Source: Candidatus Latescibacterota bacterium
GTDB lineage: Bacteria > Latescibacterota > UBA2968 > GCA-2709665
Length of the DNA stretch: 64,000 nucleotides
Direction: 5' to 3'
Assembly (NCBI GenBank): GCA_965205485.1
Contig: OZ242180.1
Span: 4,896,001 to 4,960,000 of the forward strand
Translations under genes and position numbers: made by a program
Shown here: positions 27,835-39,000 of the stretch, piece by piece
Position numbering within the stretch: the first letter of the stretch is position 1
Layout of the letters: every line of letters begins with the position of its first letter
Notes under the pieces: model-generated
Told to the model about the DNA's origin: nothing
Databases searched by the model: none
Seen by the model: only the letters and a program-made list of their open reading frames with translations

Positions 27835-28986
27835 ATGAAACCGAAGATTCCAGCCGAACTCCACGACGTCTACGAGAAAGTCCTCGCCGGCGAACGCCTT
27901 TCCGCCGCCGACGGCATGCGCCTTTACGATACGGCGAATCTCAACGCCGTGGGATACATGGCCAATATCGTCCGGGAGCGTCTCTGCGGGAACGTGGCCT
28001 GGTACGTGCGCAATCAGCACATCAACTACACCAACATCTGCAACAAGCTCTGCAGATTCTGCTCCTTCTACGTGCCGCCGAAGGACAGCCGGGGATATGT
28101 GCTCTCCCCTGAAGACATTCAGGAACGCGTAAGACAATATCTGCACATCCCCATCACCGAAATCCACATGGTCGCGGGAATCAACCCCAAACTGCCCTAT
28201 TCCTACTATATCGATATCGTCCGCGCGGTCAAGGACGTCCGTCCGGAGGTCGCCGTCAAAGCCTTTACCGCGATCGAGTGGGTGCAGATCGCCAGAGCCG
28301 CAAAGAAAACGCTTCGTGAGGTCATGCTGGAACTCAAGGCAGCGGGCGTCTCGTCGATTCCCGGCGGCGGCGCCGAAGTCTTCAGCGATCGTGTGCAGGC
28401 GGAGATGTTCTGGACGAAGGCAGACTCCGACGAATGGATGCGCGTTGCCCGCACAGCGCACGAAGTCGGCCTGCCCACCAACGCCACGATGCTTTACGGC
28501 CACATCGAGAATCCTGACGAACGGGTGCAGCATCTTGTCAGCCTTCGGGAACTCCAGGACGAAACCCGCGGCTTTCTGGCGTACATCCCGCTTTCCTTCC
28601 ACCCCGAACGCACCGAACTGGAGGACCTGCCGGCGCCCACCGGCGAAGCCGACCTGCGCGAGATCGCCGTCGCACGTCTCATGCTGGACAACTTCCCGCA
28701 TATCAAGTCGTTCTGGATCATGAACACCATCGAAATCTCACAGGTCGCCCTGTGGTACGGCGCGGACGACATCGACGGCACGATCCAGGAATACGAAATC
28801 ACGAGGCGCACGTACGAGGAGACCCGTCAGGTGCTCACCCGGAAACAGCTGGTGGAACGCATCATCGAAGCCGGTCGGGTGCCCGCGGAACGCGACAATC
28901 TCTACAACGAACTCCGCACGGGGCCGGACGTCGCCGTAGACCGGGACCCTGTGGCCGTACCCGGCGAGTTGCCCGTGCTTCCGTGA
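27835..28986 (+). CDS. mqnE: Aminofutalosine synthase (radical SAM)
   Basis: NYTNICNKLCRFC, PGGGAEVF, NATMLYGH, ARLMLDNFPHIKSFW, GADDIDGT. Confidence 0.92.
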   Translation: MKPKIPAELHDVYEKVLAGERLSAADGMRLYDTANLNAVGYMANIVRERLCGNVAWYVRNQHINYTNICNKLCRFCSFYVPPKDSRGYVLSPEDIQERVRQYLHIPITEIHMVAGINPKLPYSYYIDIVRAVKDVRPEVAVKAFTAIEWVQIARAAKKTLREVMLELKAAGVSSIPGGGAEVFSDRVQAEMFWTKADSDEWMRVARTAHEVGLPTNATMLYGHIENPDERVQHLVSLRELQDETRGFLAYIPLSFHPERTELEDLPAPTGEADLREIAVARLMLDNFPHIKSFWIMNTIEISQVALWYGADDIDGTIQEYEITRRTYEETRQVLTRKQLVERIIEAGRVPAERDNLYNELRTGPDVAVDRDPVAVPGELPVLP

Positions 28987-29127
28987 AGCAGCCCGCGGGA
29001 TTACGGCGTTTCGACCCACGTCGGTTTGCACCGTTACCTACTGTGCCTTTTGTGCTTTTTGTGGCCAATGAAACGGTTATCTTCTTTGTCATGAAGCTGC
29101 GCATGGTCGGGCCCGGAGAATGGATCG

Positions 29128-30228
29128 ATGATCGACGATATCGCCAATAAGATCGACGCGGAAGAACGTATCTCGGTGGAAGACGCCCGCCGGCTGATGG
29201 CGCATCCCAACGTGACGGAACTGGGCATGCTGGCGGACGCCGTGCGCAGGCGCAAATGGCCGGCGGACGTGGTCACCTACAACATCGGCCGCAACATCAA
29301 CTATACGAACGTCTGCTGGGTGCGATGCGACTTCTGCGCGTTCTACCGCCCGCCCGGATCCGGCGAAGGGTACGTCCTGCCCCGGGAGGAGATTTTCCGT
29401 AAGATCGACGAACTGGTGGCCGCGGGGGGGCAGATTCTCAAATCCAACGAGATTCTCATGCAGGGCGGCCTGAATCCCAAGCTGCGCATCGACTACTACG
29501 AAGACCTCTTCTCCAGCATAAGGGAGCGCTATCCGTCGGTCCACCAGCATTGCCTGTCCGCCACCGAGATCATCTATATCGCGCACATCTCGCGGCTGTC
29601 CATCCCGGACTGTATCCGGCGCCTGCGGGACGCCGGCCTGGACTCCATTCCCGGCGCCGGGGCCGAGATCCTGTCGGACGACGTCCGGGACATCATCGGC
29701 TTCCGCAAGGACCGCGTGCACGAGTGGCTGGCGGTGCATCGCGCCGCGCATGAGCTGGGCATGCGCACCACCGCCACCATGATGTACGGCCACGTCGAAT
29801 CCGTCGATCAACGCCTCGAACACCTGAAACACATCCGGGACCTCCAGGACGACACCGGCGGTCTGACGGCATTCATTGCGTGGAATTTCCAGCCGGACGA
29901 TACCGATCTGGCAGCCGACAACACCCGCTGGAACGGCAGGATGGCCACCGGGTACGATTACCTGCGTACCATTGCGGTCTCCCGCATGTTCCTGGACAAC
30001 GTTTCCAGTTTTCAGGCCTCGTGGGTGACCCAGGGACCCAAGATCGCCCAGGTCGGCCTCAAATACGGCGTCAACGACTTCGGCAGCACCATGATGGAGG
30101 AAAACGTCGTCTCCGCCGCTGGTACCAGCCACACGGACGACATGAACCTTCCCACGATGTTACGCCTCATCCGGGGCGCCGGCTACCGGCCGGCAAGACG
30201 CGACACCCGGTACGAAATGGTGAACTGA
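29128..30228 (+). CDS. mqnC: Cyclic dehypoxanthine futalosine synthase (radical SAM)
   Basis: RNINYTNVCWVRCDFCAFYR, PGAGAEIL, QASWVTQG, NDFGSTMMEENVV. Confidence 0.93.
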   Translation: MIDDIANKIDAEERISVEDARRLMAHPNVTELGMLADAVRRRKWPADVVTYNIGRNINYTNVCWVRCDFCAFYRPPGSGEGYVLPREEIFRKIDELVAAGGQILKSNEILMQGGLNPKLRIDYYEDLFSSIRERYPSVHQHCLSATEIIYIAHISRLSIPDCIRRLRDAGLDSIPGAGAEILSDDVRDIIGFRKDRVHEWLAVHRAAHELGMRTTATMMYGHVESVDQRLEHLKHIRDLQDDTGGLTAFIAWNFQPDDTDLAADNTRWNGRMATGYDYLRTIAVSRMFLDNVSSFQASWVTQGPKIAQVGLKYGVNDFGSTMMEENVVSAAGTSHTDDMNLPTMLRLIRGAGYRPARRDTRYEMVN

Positions 30229-30239
30229 AAGCCGTGCGA

Positions 30240-31040
30240 ATGGCAACCCGCCTCGCTGTGGTCTCGTTCCTGAACACCCGTCCCCTGGTGCATGCCCTGG
30301 AGACCGGCCGAATCGAACATCGCTTCGATCTTGCCTACGACGTGCCCTCCCGCTGCGCGGAACGCCTTCACAGCGGCGATGCCGACGTTGCCCTCATCCC
30401 CTCCATCGAAGTCGCCCGCGGGCCCGTTCCATACCGCGTGGTGCCCGAAGTCAGTATTTCCTCCCTGGGGCCGGTCCGGAGCGTACTGCTCCTGCACCGC
30501 AAAGACCCGGCCGATATACGGACGCTCGCCCTCGACGTCAACTCCCGGACGTCCGCCGTCCTCAGCCGCATTCTATTGCAGAAGAGATTCGGGTGCAGGC
30601 CCGATATCCTCCACCTGCCTCCCGACGCCGGACGCATGCTGGATCGCGCCGATGCAGCCGTCATCATCGGAGACGCAGCCCTTGCCGTGGATGTGACGTC
30701 CTGTTCCGTGATCGATCTGGGCGAAGCATGGACCGGGCTGACGGGCCTTCCGTTCGTGTACGCCTGCTGGGCAGGCCGGTCCGATGCGCTGGATCCCGGT
30801 CAAACACGGCAGCTGATCCGGGCGAAGGCGCTGGGGGTCCGGGAGATCCCCGCGATAGCGGCGGATTGCGCGTCGTCCCATTCGGGTTCGGCTGAATTCT
30901 ATGCCGACTTCATGGGCAACCGGATCCGTTACGACTTTGGCGAGGCTGAAATGAAGGGCCTGAACCTCTTTTACAGATACGCACGCGAGTTGGGCAGTAT
31001 CGGAAACATCCCCAAAATTCGTTTCTACGCGCAATCCTGA
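30240..31040 (+). CDS. mqnA: Chorismate dehydratase (futalosine pathway)
   Basis: VSFLNTRPL, GPVRSVLL, SRTS, IIGDAAL, DLGEAW..LTGLPFVYACW. Confidence 0.9.
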   Translation: MATRLAVVSFLNTRPLVHALETGRIEHRFDLAYDVPSRCAERLHSGDADVALIPSIEVARGPVPYRVVPEVSISSLGPVRSVLLLHRKDPADIRTLALDVNSRTSAVLSRILLQKRFGCRPDILHLPPDAGRMLDRADAAVIIGDAALAVDVTSCSVIDLGEAWTGLTGLPFVYACWAGRSDALDPGQTRQLIRAKALGVREIPAIAADCASSHSGSAEFYADFMGNRIRYDFGEAEMKGLNLFYRYARELGSIGNIPKIRFYAQS

Positions 31041-31076
31041 CACATCCGGCCGAACGTCGGAGGGAGGGCCTTTCCC

Positions 31077-32129
31077 ATGCCCAGAACCGGTCGTGCTTCG
31101 GTTCTCGTTGGCGAACGCTTTGAAGTCCGCGAGTATCCCGTCCCCGAACCCGCGCCGGGCACCGTCCTGTTGAGGCAGGAACTGGCCGGCATCTGCGGCA
31201 CCGACCTGCACAACTGGGAATACCAGAGACTGGCAGACGAGATGATCCTGGGACACGAAAACGTCGGAATCGTCGACACACTCGGCGAGGGCGTGACCCA
31301 CGACCACCTGGGGCGTCCCGTCAGAACCGGCGACCGGATCGCACTGGTGCCCGGAACGTCCCAGGGCGCATACGGATTCATCCCGGCTGAAGAACAGCCC
31401 TTTCTCCGGGGCGGTTTCGGCGAATACATCTATCTCTGGAACCCGGAGACCGTTTTCTTCAAGACCGATCTCCCGGCCGAAGTCGCCGTCCTGCTGGAGC
31501 CCTTCACAATCGGCGTACACGGCGTGATGCGGGCCGGCATTCAATTCGGAGACACCGTCGTCGTTCAGGGTTCGGGCGCGATCGGCCTCGTTACCCTCAT
31601 CTGCGCCAAAGTCAGCGGCGCCGGCCGGCTGATCATGGTCGGCGGACCGCCCGGACGCCTGGACCTCGCCCGCGAAATCGGCGCGGACGTCACCGTCGAC
31701 ATCGCCGAAGTGCCTGACCCGGAAGAACGAAAACGCGTGGTCAGAGACAGCACGCCCGGAGGGGCCGGAGCCGACGTTGTCTTTGAATGCGCAGGCTTTC
31801 TGCAGGCCCTGCCCGAGGGTCTGGACTACCTTCGCCAGGACGCCACCTACGTCGAAATGGGCCATTTCGTGGACGTCGGGTCTTTCGAATGCAACCCGAA
31901 CCGGATGTTCATGCGCAAGAATCTGCGCTTGGAAGCCGTCTGGGCGAGTTCACCCGACCATTTCGTGCGGGGCCTTCCCATCCTTGAGAAGAACGAATTC
32001 CCCTTTGCCGATATGGTCAGCCACACCATCCCGCTGGACCGGGTACCCGAGGGCTTCAACGCCCTCGCGGGCAGCTACCGTCTGGACGGCAGGGACGCCA
32101 TCAAAATCGCGGTATCCGGAAGTCTTTAG
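31077..32129 (+). CDS. Zinc-binding alcohol dehydrogenase (MDR family)
   Basis: GICGTDLH, LGHENVG, QGSGAIG; structural-zinc Cys loop absent. Confidence 0.9.
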   Translation: MPRTGRASVLVGERFEVREYPVPEPAPGTVLLRQELAGICGTDLHNWEYQRLADEMILGHENVGIVDTLGEGVTHDHLGRPVRTGDRIALVPGTSQGAYGFIPAEEQPFLRGGFGEYIYLWNPETVFFKTDLPAEVAVLLEPFTIGVHGVMRAGIQFGDTVVVQGSGAIGLVTLICAKVSGAGRLIMVGGPPGRLDLAREIGADVTVDIAEVPDPEERKRVVRDSTPGGAGADVVFECAGFLQALPEGLDYLRQDATYVEMGHFVDVGSFECNPNRMFMRKNLRLEAVWASSPDHFVRGLPILEKNEFPFADMVSHTIPLDRVPEGFNALAGSYRLDGRDAIKIAVSGSL

Positions 32130-32164
32130 CTGGACACTGCTCCTCACCCGGTTCCGACATCCGA

Positions 32165-34132
32165 ATGACGCTGCGCGCGCTCCTCATCGGCCTGGCCATG
32201 GCCGTCTGGGTCAACCTCTGGCCCACCTACTCCAGCCTCATTGCGCATTCCTCGCGCGCCGACTACGCGCACCTGTCGGTGGCCCTGCTGATTCCCTTCA
32301 TCTGCCTGCTCGGCCTCAACCTCCCTCTGTACCGGCGCGGCCGCGGCCTGTCTGCCTCGGAACTGCTGGCCATCTGCTGTATCGGAATGGTTGCCGCGAC
32401 GATGCAGGGAGAATGGCTTTCGGGTTATCTGCTGGGCGTGGTGACGGCGCCCACCTACTTCGCCTCGCCCGAGAATCAATGGTCCGACCACCTGCTGGCC
32501 AGGATCCCGTCGTGGTCCGTTGTCTCGGATCCGGCGGCCACCACCGGCTTCTACGAGAGTCTGTTCAAGGGCCAGGAGTTCCCCTGGGGCGCATGGGCGT
32601 CGCCGGTCTTCTGGTGGGCAGGTTTTCTTGGATCGGTGCTTACCGTCAGTTTCTGCCTGGTTGTGATTCTGCGGAAACAGTGGATGGACAACGAACGCCT
32701 CACGTTCCCGATCGCCACCGCCGTGCTGGAGCTCACGGGGGTTTCCGGCTCCGAACGCAGTCTTTCCACCCTGGTCCGGTCTCGCCTGTTCCGGTTCGGT
32801 TTCTGGCTGATCGTCGCCATCTTCTGCTGGAACATCGCGACCTGGTTCGTCAGGGCCATTCCCGTCCTGGACGTACCCATGACCGTCCTCAGCCGCAAGG
32901 TGATCCGGATCGGCCAGGGGTTCCCCTACTTCGCGTTTTCCATTCATCCGATGACAATCGCGTTCGCGTATTTTACGGAATCGAGCGTGCTGTTCAGCAT
33001 CTGGCTCTTTCACCTGCTGGCCATTCTGCAGGTCGGCGTCTTCAATCGCCTGGGATTCAGCATCGGCAGTTCGGACATGTGGTGCTCCTTCGACCCCGCC
33101 ATCGGCTGGCAGAGCTTCGGCGGTCTCACCGTCTTTGCGGGATGGGGCCTCTGGGTTGCGCGAAGCCACCTGGCCGCCGTATTCAGAAAAGCATTCGCGC
33201 GTGCACAGGATGCAAAACATGCTGAAGGATCCGGCCATATCGACGACTCGAAGGAGCTCATTTCCTACCGCGCGGCGGTGTACCTGCTCCTGGCCGGCTG
33301 CGCCTACCTGCTCGTGTGGATGTTCCGCGCGGGGATGGCCGCCGGGCCCCTGCTCGCCTTCTGGTTCGCCACCCTCGTACTCTACCTGGGCCTGGCGCGC
33401 ATCATCGTGGAAAGCGGCCTCGTGTACCTGAGGGGACCCATTACGGCGCAGGCGTTCACGTGGCACCTGTTCGGCATTTCCGGGATGGGCGCGCACAGCG
33501 CGGTTGCCCTCGGCCTGACCTACACGTTCTTCTGCGATGCGAAGACCTGGGCGATTACCGCCCTCGCCCACATACCAAGGCTGGGCATGGCGATGAGACC
33601 CGAACGGCGGCGCCTGCTTGCGCCCGGCGTCCTCCTGGGCGCCCTGGCCGGCGCCCTCTCCGTCATCGGCTTCATCTTCTACCACGGCTACTATGGCGTG
33701 GGCAGCTATAACTTCGGCGTGGTCAGCTTCAACGGATCCGGCGACGGCGCCGTGGGTATCTGGCGATACACCGCCGCGCGCATCCAGGAAGGGACCGCCG
33801 GCACGAGCTGGGACCGCGTCGGGTTTTTCGCCATCGGTGCCGCGTTCACCGGCCTCCTCGTCTTCCTGAGATACCGCTTTCCGGGATTCCCGGTCCACCC
33901 AATCGGCTTCACCATTTCCGCCTCCAACGTGCTCCGAAGCAGCGTCACCTCCATATTCATCGCATGGCTCACCAAAGCGCTGATCATGAGATTCGGCGGC
34001 CTCAACAGCTACCGGCGAATGGCGCCGCTCTTTCTCGGGATGTTCATGGGATATCTTGCGGGCGTGGGCCTGGGCGTGGTCGCGGACGTCGTCTGGTTCA
34101 ACGGGGACGGGCACAAGCTGAACGACTGGTAG
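32165..34132 (+). CDS. Polytopic membrane protein, DUF6785/DUF6784-like putative (peptide) transporter
   Basis: Many TM helices; LRKQWMDNERLTFPI, PVHPIGF, RFGG..YRR..PLFLG motifs. Confidence 0.7.
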   Translation: MTLRALLIGLAMAVWVNLWPTYSSLIAHSSRADYAHLSVALLIPFICLLGLNLPLYRRGRGLSASELLAICCIGMVAATMQGEWLSGYLLGVVTAPTYFASPENQWSDHLLARIPSWSVVSDPAATTGFYESLFKGQEFPWGAWASPVFWWAGFLGSVLTVSFCLVVILRKQWMDNERLTFPIATAVLELTGVSGSERSLSTLVRSRLFRFGFWLIVAIFCWNIATWFVRAIPVLDVPMTVLSRKVIRIGQGFPYFAFSIHPMTIAFAYFTESSVLFSIWLFHLLAILQVGVFNRLGFSIGSSDMWCSFDPAIGWQSFGGLTVFAGWGLWVARSHLAAVFRKAFARAQDAKHAEGSGHIDDSKELISYRAAVYLLLAGCAYLLVWMFRAGMAAGPLLAFWFATLVLYLGLARIIVESGLVYLRGPITAQAFTWHLFGISGMGAHSAVALGLTYTFFCDAKTWAITALAHIPRLGMAMRPERRRLLAPGVLLGALAGALSVIGFIFYHGYYGVGSYNFGVVSFNGSGDGAVGIWRYTAARIQEGTAGTSWDRVGFFAIGAAFTGLLVFLRYRFPGFPVHPIGFTISASNVLRSSVTSIFIAWLTKALIMRFGGLNSYRRMAPLFLGMFMGYLAGVGLGVVADVVWFNGDGHKLNDW

Positions 34133-34200
34133 CCGCTGCCACAATTCCGGTGCGCCGGAAGCAAATCGTCCTTATCTTCCGGCTCCGGCCCCACAGAAGC

Positions 34201-34353
34201 GGATAGACGGGAGAAGGTAGAGGGGAGAGATTACCTGCCTATTGAGGTTTCTTCTCGTGCCGGAGGCAAAAAGGGAAAATATGGCGGGCTCGGTTTTCAT
34301 CTACCGTCTACCCTCTTACCTCTACCCGCCTTTTTTCTACCGTCTCACGTCTT
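34201..34353 (+). repeat. Dispersed MITE-like element A, copy 1
   Basis: 45-bp core AGAGATTACCTGCCTATTGAGGTTTCTTCTCGTGCCGGAGGCAAA flanked by GGTAGA.../...TCTACC inverted heptamer-like runs. Confidence 0.75.
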
Positions 34354-34438
34354 GCGTCTACCCGAATCCAGGCTTTTTGTGGCCGATTCAAACTGTTGTC
34401 TTTTTTCAACTTGTGGTTTATCCCGGAAGGCGAATCCC

Positions 34439-35998
34439 GTGACTTTCGATCTTCTCATCCGCAACGGCACCGTGGTTGACGGGACCGGACTCAAGGAGCC
34501 GTTCATTGCGGACGTCGCCGTTCAGGGCGACCGTATCGCCGCCGTGGGTCGCCTGGCGGATGCCCGCGCGGAACGTGAGATCGATGCCCGCGGCCACGTG
34601 GTCTGCCCGGGCTTCATCGACGTCCACGTGCATTGCGAACCCGCCCTCCTGACCGGATGCCACCGGTTCGCCGGCGTCGTACAGGGCATTACCACAATGC
34701 TTCTTGCGCCGGACGGATTCGGATGGGCCCCGTTGCCTCCGGACCTTCGCGGCCAGATGTGGGAATATACCCGGTTCATCGCCGGTTCTGCCGACATCGA
34801 ACTCACCTGGGAAACCATCGAAGACTACCTGGACCTCTTTCCCGGCAACAGCCCGTGCAACGTCTACCCGCAGGTGCCCCACTGCGCCGTGCGCCTCAAC
34901 GTCTGCGGCTGGTCCGCCGGTCCGGCCACGGACTCGCAGATCGACGCGATGGCCGACCTGGTGCGCCAATGGATGGATGCCGGCGCGGGCTGCCTCTGTC
35001 TGGGCCTGGACTACCAGCCGAGCGCGAATTCGGACCTGCGCGAACTGGTCGCACTCTGCAAAGTGGCGGCGTCCTACGGGGGCATCTACGCGGCCCACAT
35101 TCGAAACCATCTTCTCGGCAGGGCGGAGGCATGGAAGGAAACCTTCGAGATTTTCCGGCAGTCCGGCATCCCTGTCCACCACTCCCACGAACGGGCCGAC
35201 CGGGAGGGCGCCGAGCTTCTCGATCTCGCCGACCGCGAGGGCATCGACCTCAGCTTCGAGTCCTACCTCTATCCCGCCGGGATGTCTCACATGACCATCA
35301 TGCTCCCCATCCCGGACCAGGTCGGCGCCCCGTCTGACGTTCTTGAACACCTTGCGGACCCGGACGTAAGGGAACGCATCCTGCCACACCTTCGCGGCTG
35401 GCTGGGCGCGTGCGACCAGGTGGTCGGCCATACCCGCTCCGGGCGCTACATCGGCGCCACCCTGTCGGACCTGGCCACCGGTGCAGGCGTCGCTCCGGAG
35501 GAATTCGCCTTCGATCTCATCCTGGAGGAGGACGGCCAGTCCACCTACATTTTCCCCTGGCAGGATGCGCCCGAGACCATCGAAGACACGATCAGGAACA
35601 CCGTCAACCACCCGCGAATGATGATCGCGAGCGACGGCGTCTACAACGTGCGTCATCCCCACCCCCGGGGTTTCGGGTGTTTCGCGCGCGTGCCCGGCGT
35701 ATTCGTCCGAGAGAAGGGCCTGGTCTCTCTCGCGGAAGCCATCCACAAAATGAGCGGTTTCCCCGCCGACCGGTTCGGCCTTGCCGACCGCGGGGAGATC
35801 GCCGCCGGGAAGGCCGCCGACATCGTGATCTTCGATCCCCGGACCGTCAATGCGACCGCCACGTTCGAGAACCCCACCGGGGGTCCGGTAGGAATCCCGT
35901 GGGTACTGGTCAACGGAGAGCCGGCGGTGGAAGGCGGCGCCCCAACCGGCGCGCTCCCGGGCCGGGTGCTGCGCCGCAACGCCTCGTCCGCCGGTTGA
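34439..35998 (+). CDS. N-acyl-D-amino-acid deacylase (D-aminoacylase family)
   Basis: NGTVVDGTG, PGFIDVHVH, HPHPRGFGCF, GKAADIVIFD. Confidence 0.9.
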   Translation: MTFDLLIRNGTVVDGTGLKEPFIADVAVQGDRIAAVGRLADARAEREIDARGHVVCPGFIDVHVHCEPALLTGCHRFAGVVQGITTMLLAPDGFGWAPLPPDLRGQMWEYTRFIAGSADIELTWETIEDYLDLFPGNSPCNVYPQVPHCAVRLNVCGWSAGPATDSQIDAMADLVRQWMDAGAGCLCLGLDYQPSANSDLRELVALCKVAASYGGIYAAHIRNHLLGRAEAWKETFEIFRQSGIPVHHSHERADREGAELLDLADREGIDLSFESYLYPAGMSHMTIMLPIPDQVGAPSDVLEHLADPDVRERILPHLRGWLGACDQVVGHTRSGRYIGATLSDLATGAGVAPEEFAFDLILEEDGQSTYIFPWQDAPETIEDTIRNTVNHPRMMIASDGVYNVRHPHPRGFGCFARVPGVFVREKGLVSLAEAIHKMSGFPADRFGLADRGEIAAGKAADIVIFDPRTVNATATFENPTGGPVGIPWVLVNGEPAVEGGAPTGALPGRVLRRNASSAG

Positions 35999-36031
35999 CC
36001 GGAGGGTTTCCATTCGAAAGGAAGACCCGTC

Positions 36032-39000
36032 ATGCTGATATTCGCCTTCGCACTCGTCCTGTTCCTCGTTGCAATCCGGCCTGATCCGGCGGCGGCGGAC
36101 CCCGTCATTCCGCCGGACCTGGACGAGACCGACGTGAAACGCCTGCGTCGAAATCTCCAACCGGTTCTCACGCTCTCCGACAGCGAAATACTGCGCCTCA
36201 TCCCCGACCGCTCGGGCATCTACTTCGTGGACTGCCCCAACTGCGACGGCGGCGCGCAGGAGGGCCAGATCGACTGGACCATCGACGACCCGGACCGTGT
36301 TTTCTGCAAATACTGCGGCCTGAAATATCCCAACGAAAAATTCCCGGACACCGACACGCTGAGCGTGGTCAACCCCGTTGGCGAGACCCAGGAATATCCC
36401 TATTGGGAGGACGAAACCGGGTACAGACATTTCTTTCAGGCCAAGGGATGGTACCGGGCGCGGGCCTACTTCGCCGGCGCGGCCCACGACCTGGCGGCGC
36501 TCCACTTTGCAACCGGAGACACCTCCTTCGCCCGCCGCGCGGCCCTCATTCTGAACCGGTTCGCCGAGGTCTATCCCGGGTACTGCGTCCACCACGACCT
36601 GCCCTTCCGGCAGAAGATCATCTTTCCCGGAAGCCAGGGGTTTCCCTACCCGGTCCAGGACTACCGCGCCTCCAAGTGGGACTGGTGGGCGTACATGGAC
36701 ATTCCCGAGAATCTGATCTACACGTACGACCTCATCCGGGACAGCGGAGAACTCGACAGCACGATGGTCCGGCGTATCGAAGACGGGTTCTTCCACGCCA
36801 GCGTGGCCTTCATCCGGGGCTTCCCGCCCGCGCTGGGCAATATGGACCCCACGCTGCTTCGCGGCATGGTCGCGGCAGGACGGGTCCTGGAGGAACCGGA
36901 CTATATCCACGACGCGGTCGACCGGATCGAGAGACTTATCGCCGCCAACTTCTTCGTGGACGGCGTATGGCGCGAAGGCGCGATTTCCTATCACAACCAG
37001 ACCATCGGCGGGCTGCGGCAGGTGATGGAGAGACTGAACGGTTACAGCGATCCCGAGGGATACGTCCACCCCGTCGACGGCGAACGCTACGACAATCTGG
37101 ACCTGAACGCCCGCTTTCCCATCCTGACAAAAGCCGCGGGCATCCCCGAGCTTCTCCGCTATCCCAACGGCCGCGTGGTGCCCACCCACGACACGTGGGC
37201 GAAGGGGCGGCAAGACCCCCCTGAAACATCCGGCCCCCTGCTCCTGCCCGGTATGGGACACGCCCGCCTCGATATGGGAAGGGGCGAAAACCAGACCCAG
37301 ACCTATCTCCACTTCTCCGGCGGATACGGCCACCAGCACGCCGACCTCCTTAGCCTCACTCTCTACGCGCGCGGGCAGGAACGGCTGAGCGATATCGGCT
37401 ATACCCACACGCGCCACCGGTGCTGGACCCTCTCCACGCTGTCGCACAACACGGTTGCCGTGGACGGCAATGACCAGGCATACGGCTCCGGAAACGCCCC
37501 GTCGGACGGCAACCTCCTTCTGTTCGCGCCGCACAGCGACACGTTTCAGGCGATCGAAGCCTCCGGCGACCGCGCCTATCCGGGCGTGACCTCGGTTTAC
37601 CGCCGGCTGCTGATCCAGGTCGGCATCTCGCCCGAACAGTCCTACGTGGTCGACCTGTTCAGGGTCGCCGGCGGTCATCGCCACGAATATATCCTCACCG
37701 GCGACGCCGACCACGAAGGCGCGGTCGACGTCGACCTGCCCGACGCGCCCCACGGGAACACGCTTCTCCCGGATGGCGTGACCGCCACGCTGCCCACCGG
37801 CGAGAGCGTCAAGGGCGACGCCGGGGGCCACAACCTGGGATACGCGTTCATCCGCGAGGTGCGCCGCGCCGACGTGACCCGGCCCTGGACCGCGACGTTC
37901 ACCAGCGCGGCCGAGCCGGCCGGTTCCGTCCGGGTACACAGCCTGACCCGCCCCGGCGGAGACCTCTTCACCGCGCGGGCGCCGTCCATTCGAAACGCCG
38001 ATGAGGATGACGTCCGGCTGGACGAGATTACCATGCCGATGCTGGTCCACCGTCGCGAAGGCGAGAACCTCTCCACCCTCTTTGGCACGGTCCTGGAACC
38101 GGTCGGCGACCGTCCGGCCGTCACTCGCGTGGAACGCCTCGACGCGGACGGCGCATCGGATACGGATATCGCGCTCAGGGTCGTCTCCGGCGAGGTTACC
38201 GACTACATACTGTCCGCGACGGACGAAAGCCGGTCGCTCAGCACCGGAGACCTCAGGTTCCGCGGGCGCATCGGCTTCGTCCGGGAACGAAACGGCGAAG
38301 TCGAAGAGATGATCCTGATCGGCGGCACGCTGCTCGAAAAGGGCGGACGCAGGCTCGGCGGCCGCGGAACCCGCAGCGGCGCCGTCCTGGGGACCACGCG
38401 AAAGGCCGCGGGAGACGACGCGGACGGAATCCACGTCGATACCGAATTGCCAACCGGCGTGGACCTCGTGGGCCTCACCGCCGTTGTCACCGACGGCGAC
38501 GGATTCACGTACGGCCACAAGATAAAGGGCCTGCAGCACCTTGAAGACGGCGGCACGTTGCTGGAACTGGAGGACGATCCGGGGTATGAAATCACCGCGG
38601 ACGGAGGCCGGCTCCTGTTCTTCCCCGGACGGTCCTGGAAGGGACCCGCTCAGGTGGAAATACCTACCGTGGCCAGCCTGCGCATCAACACGTCCGGCGT
38701 CAATGCCACCCGAACCGGGGACTGGATCAATCTGGTCCACAACGCGCCGTTCTCGCCGCGCGACACCTCCGAAGACGTCGTATTCCAGGACAAGCTCTGG
38801 ATCAGCAATGCCTATTACCACGCCGGCATCCTCACCCGGGACCTCTGGAATTCATCCGACGGCGTCAGCTGGCATCTGGTCAGCGAAGCCACGCCGTACG
38901 ACGGCTACAGCGAAATGACGGTCTACAGGGACCGCATCTGGGCGGTGAAGGGAAGCGTCTGGAACTCCCCGGACGGCCTTGAGTGGTCCCGGGTTCTGGA

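Noticed and set aside
34242..34442. Small peptide MRFLLVPEAKR... encoded by element A copies
   Set aside because: Similarity follows from the DNA repeat; frames and lengths diverge after the core
34418..38821. 1467-aa minus-strand ORF
   Set aside because: Antisense shadow of the D-aminoacylase and heparinase genes in GC-rich DNA; no recognisable motifs
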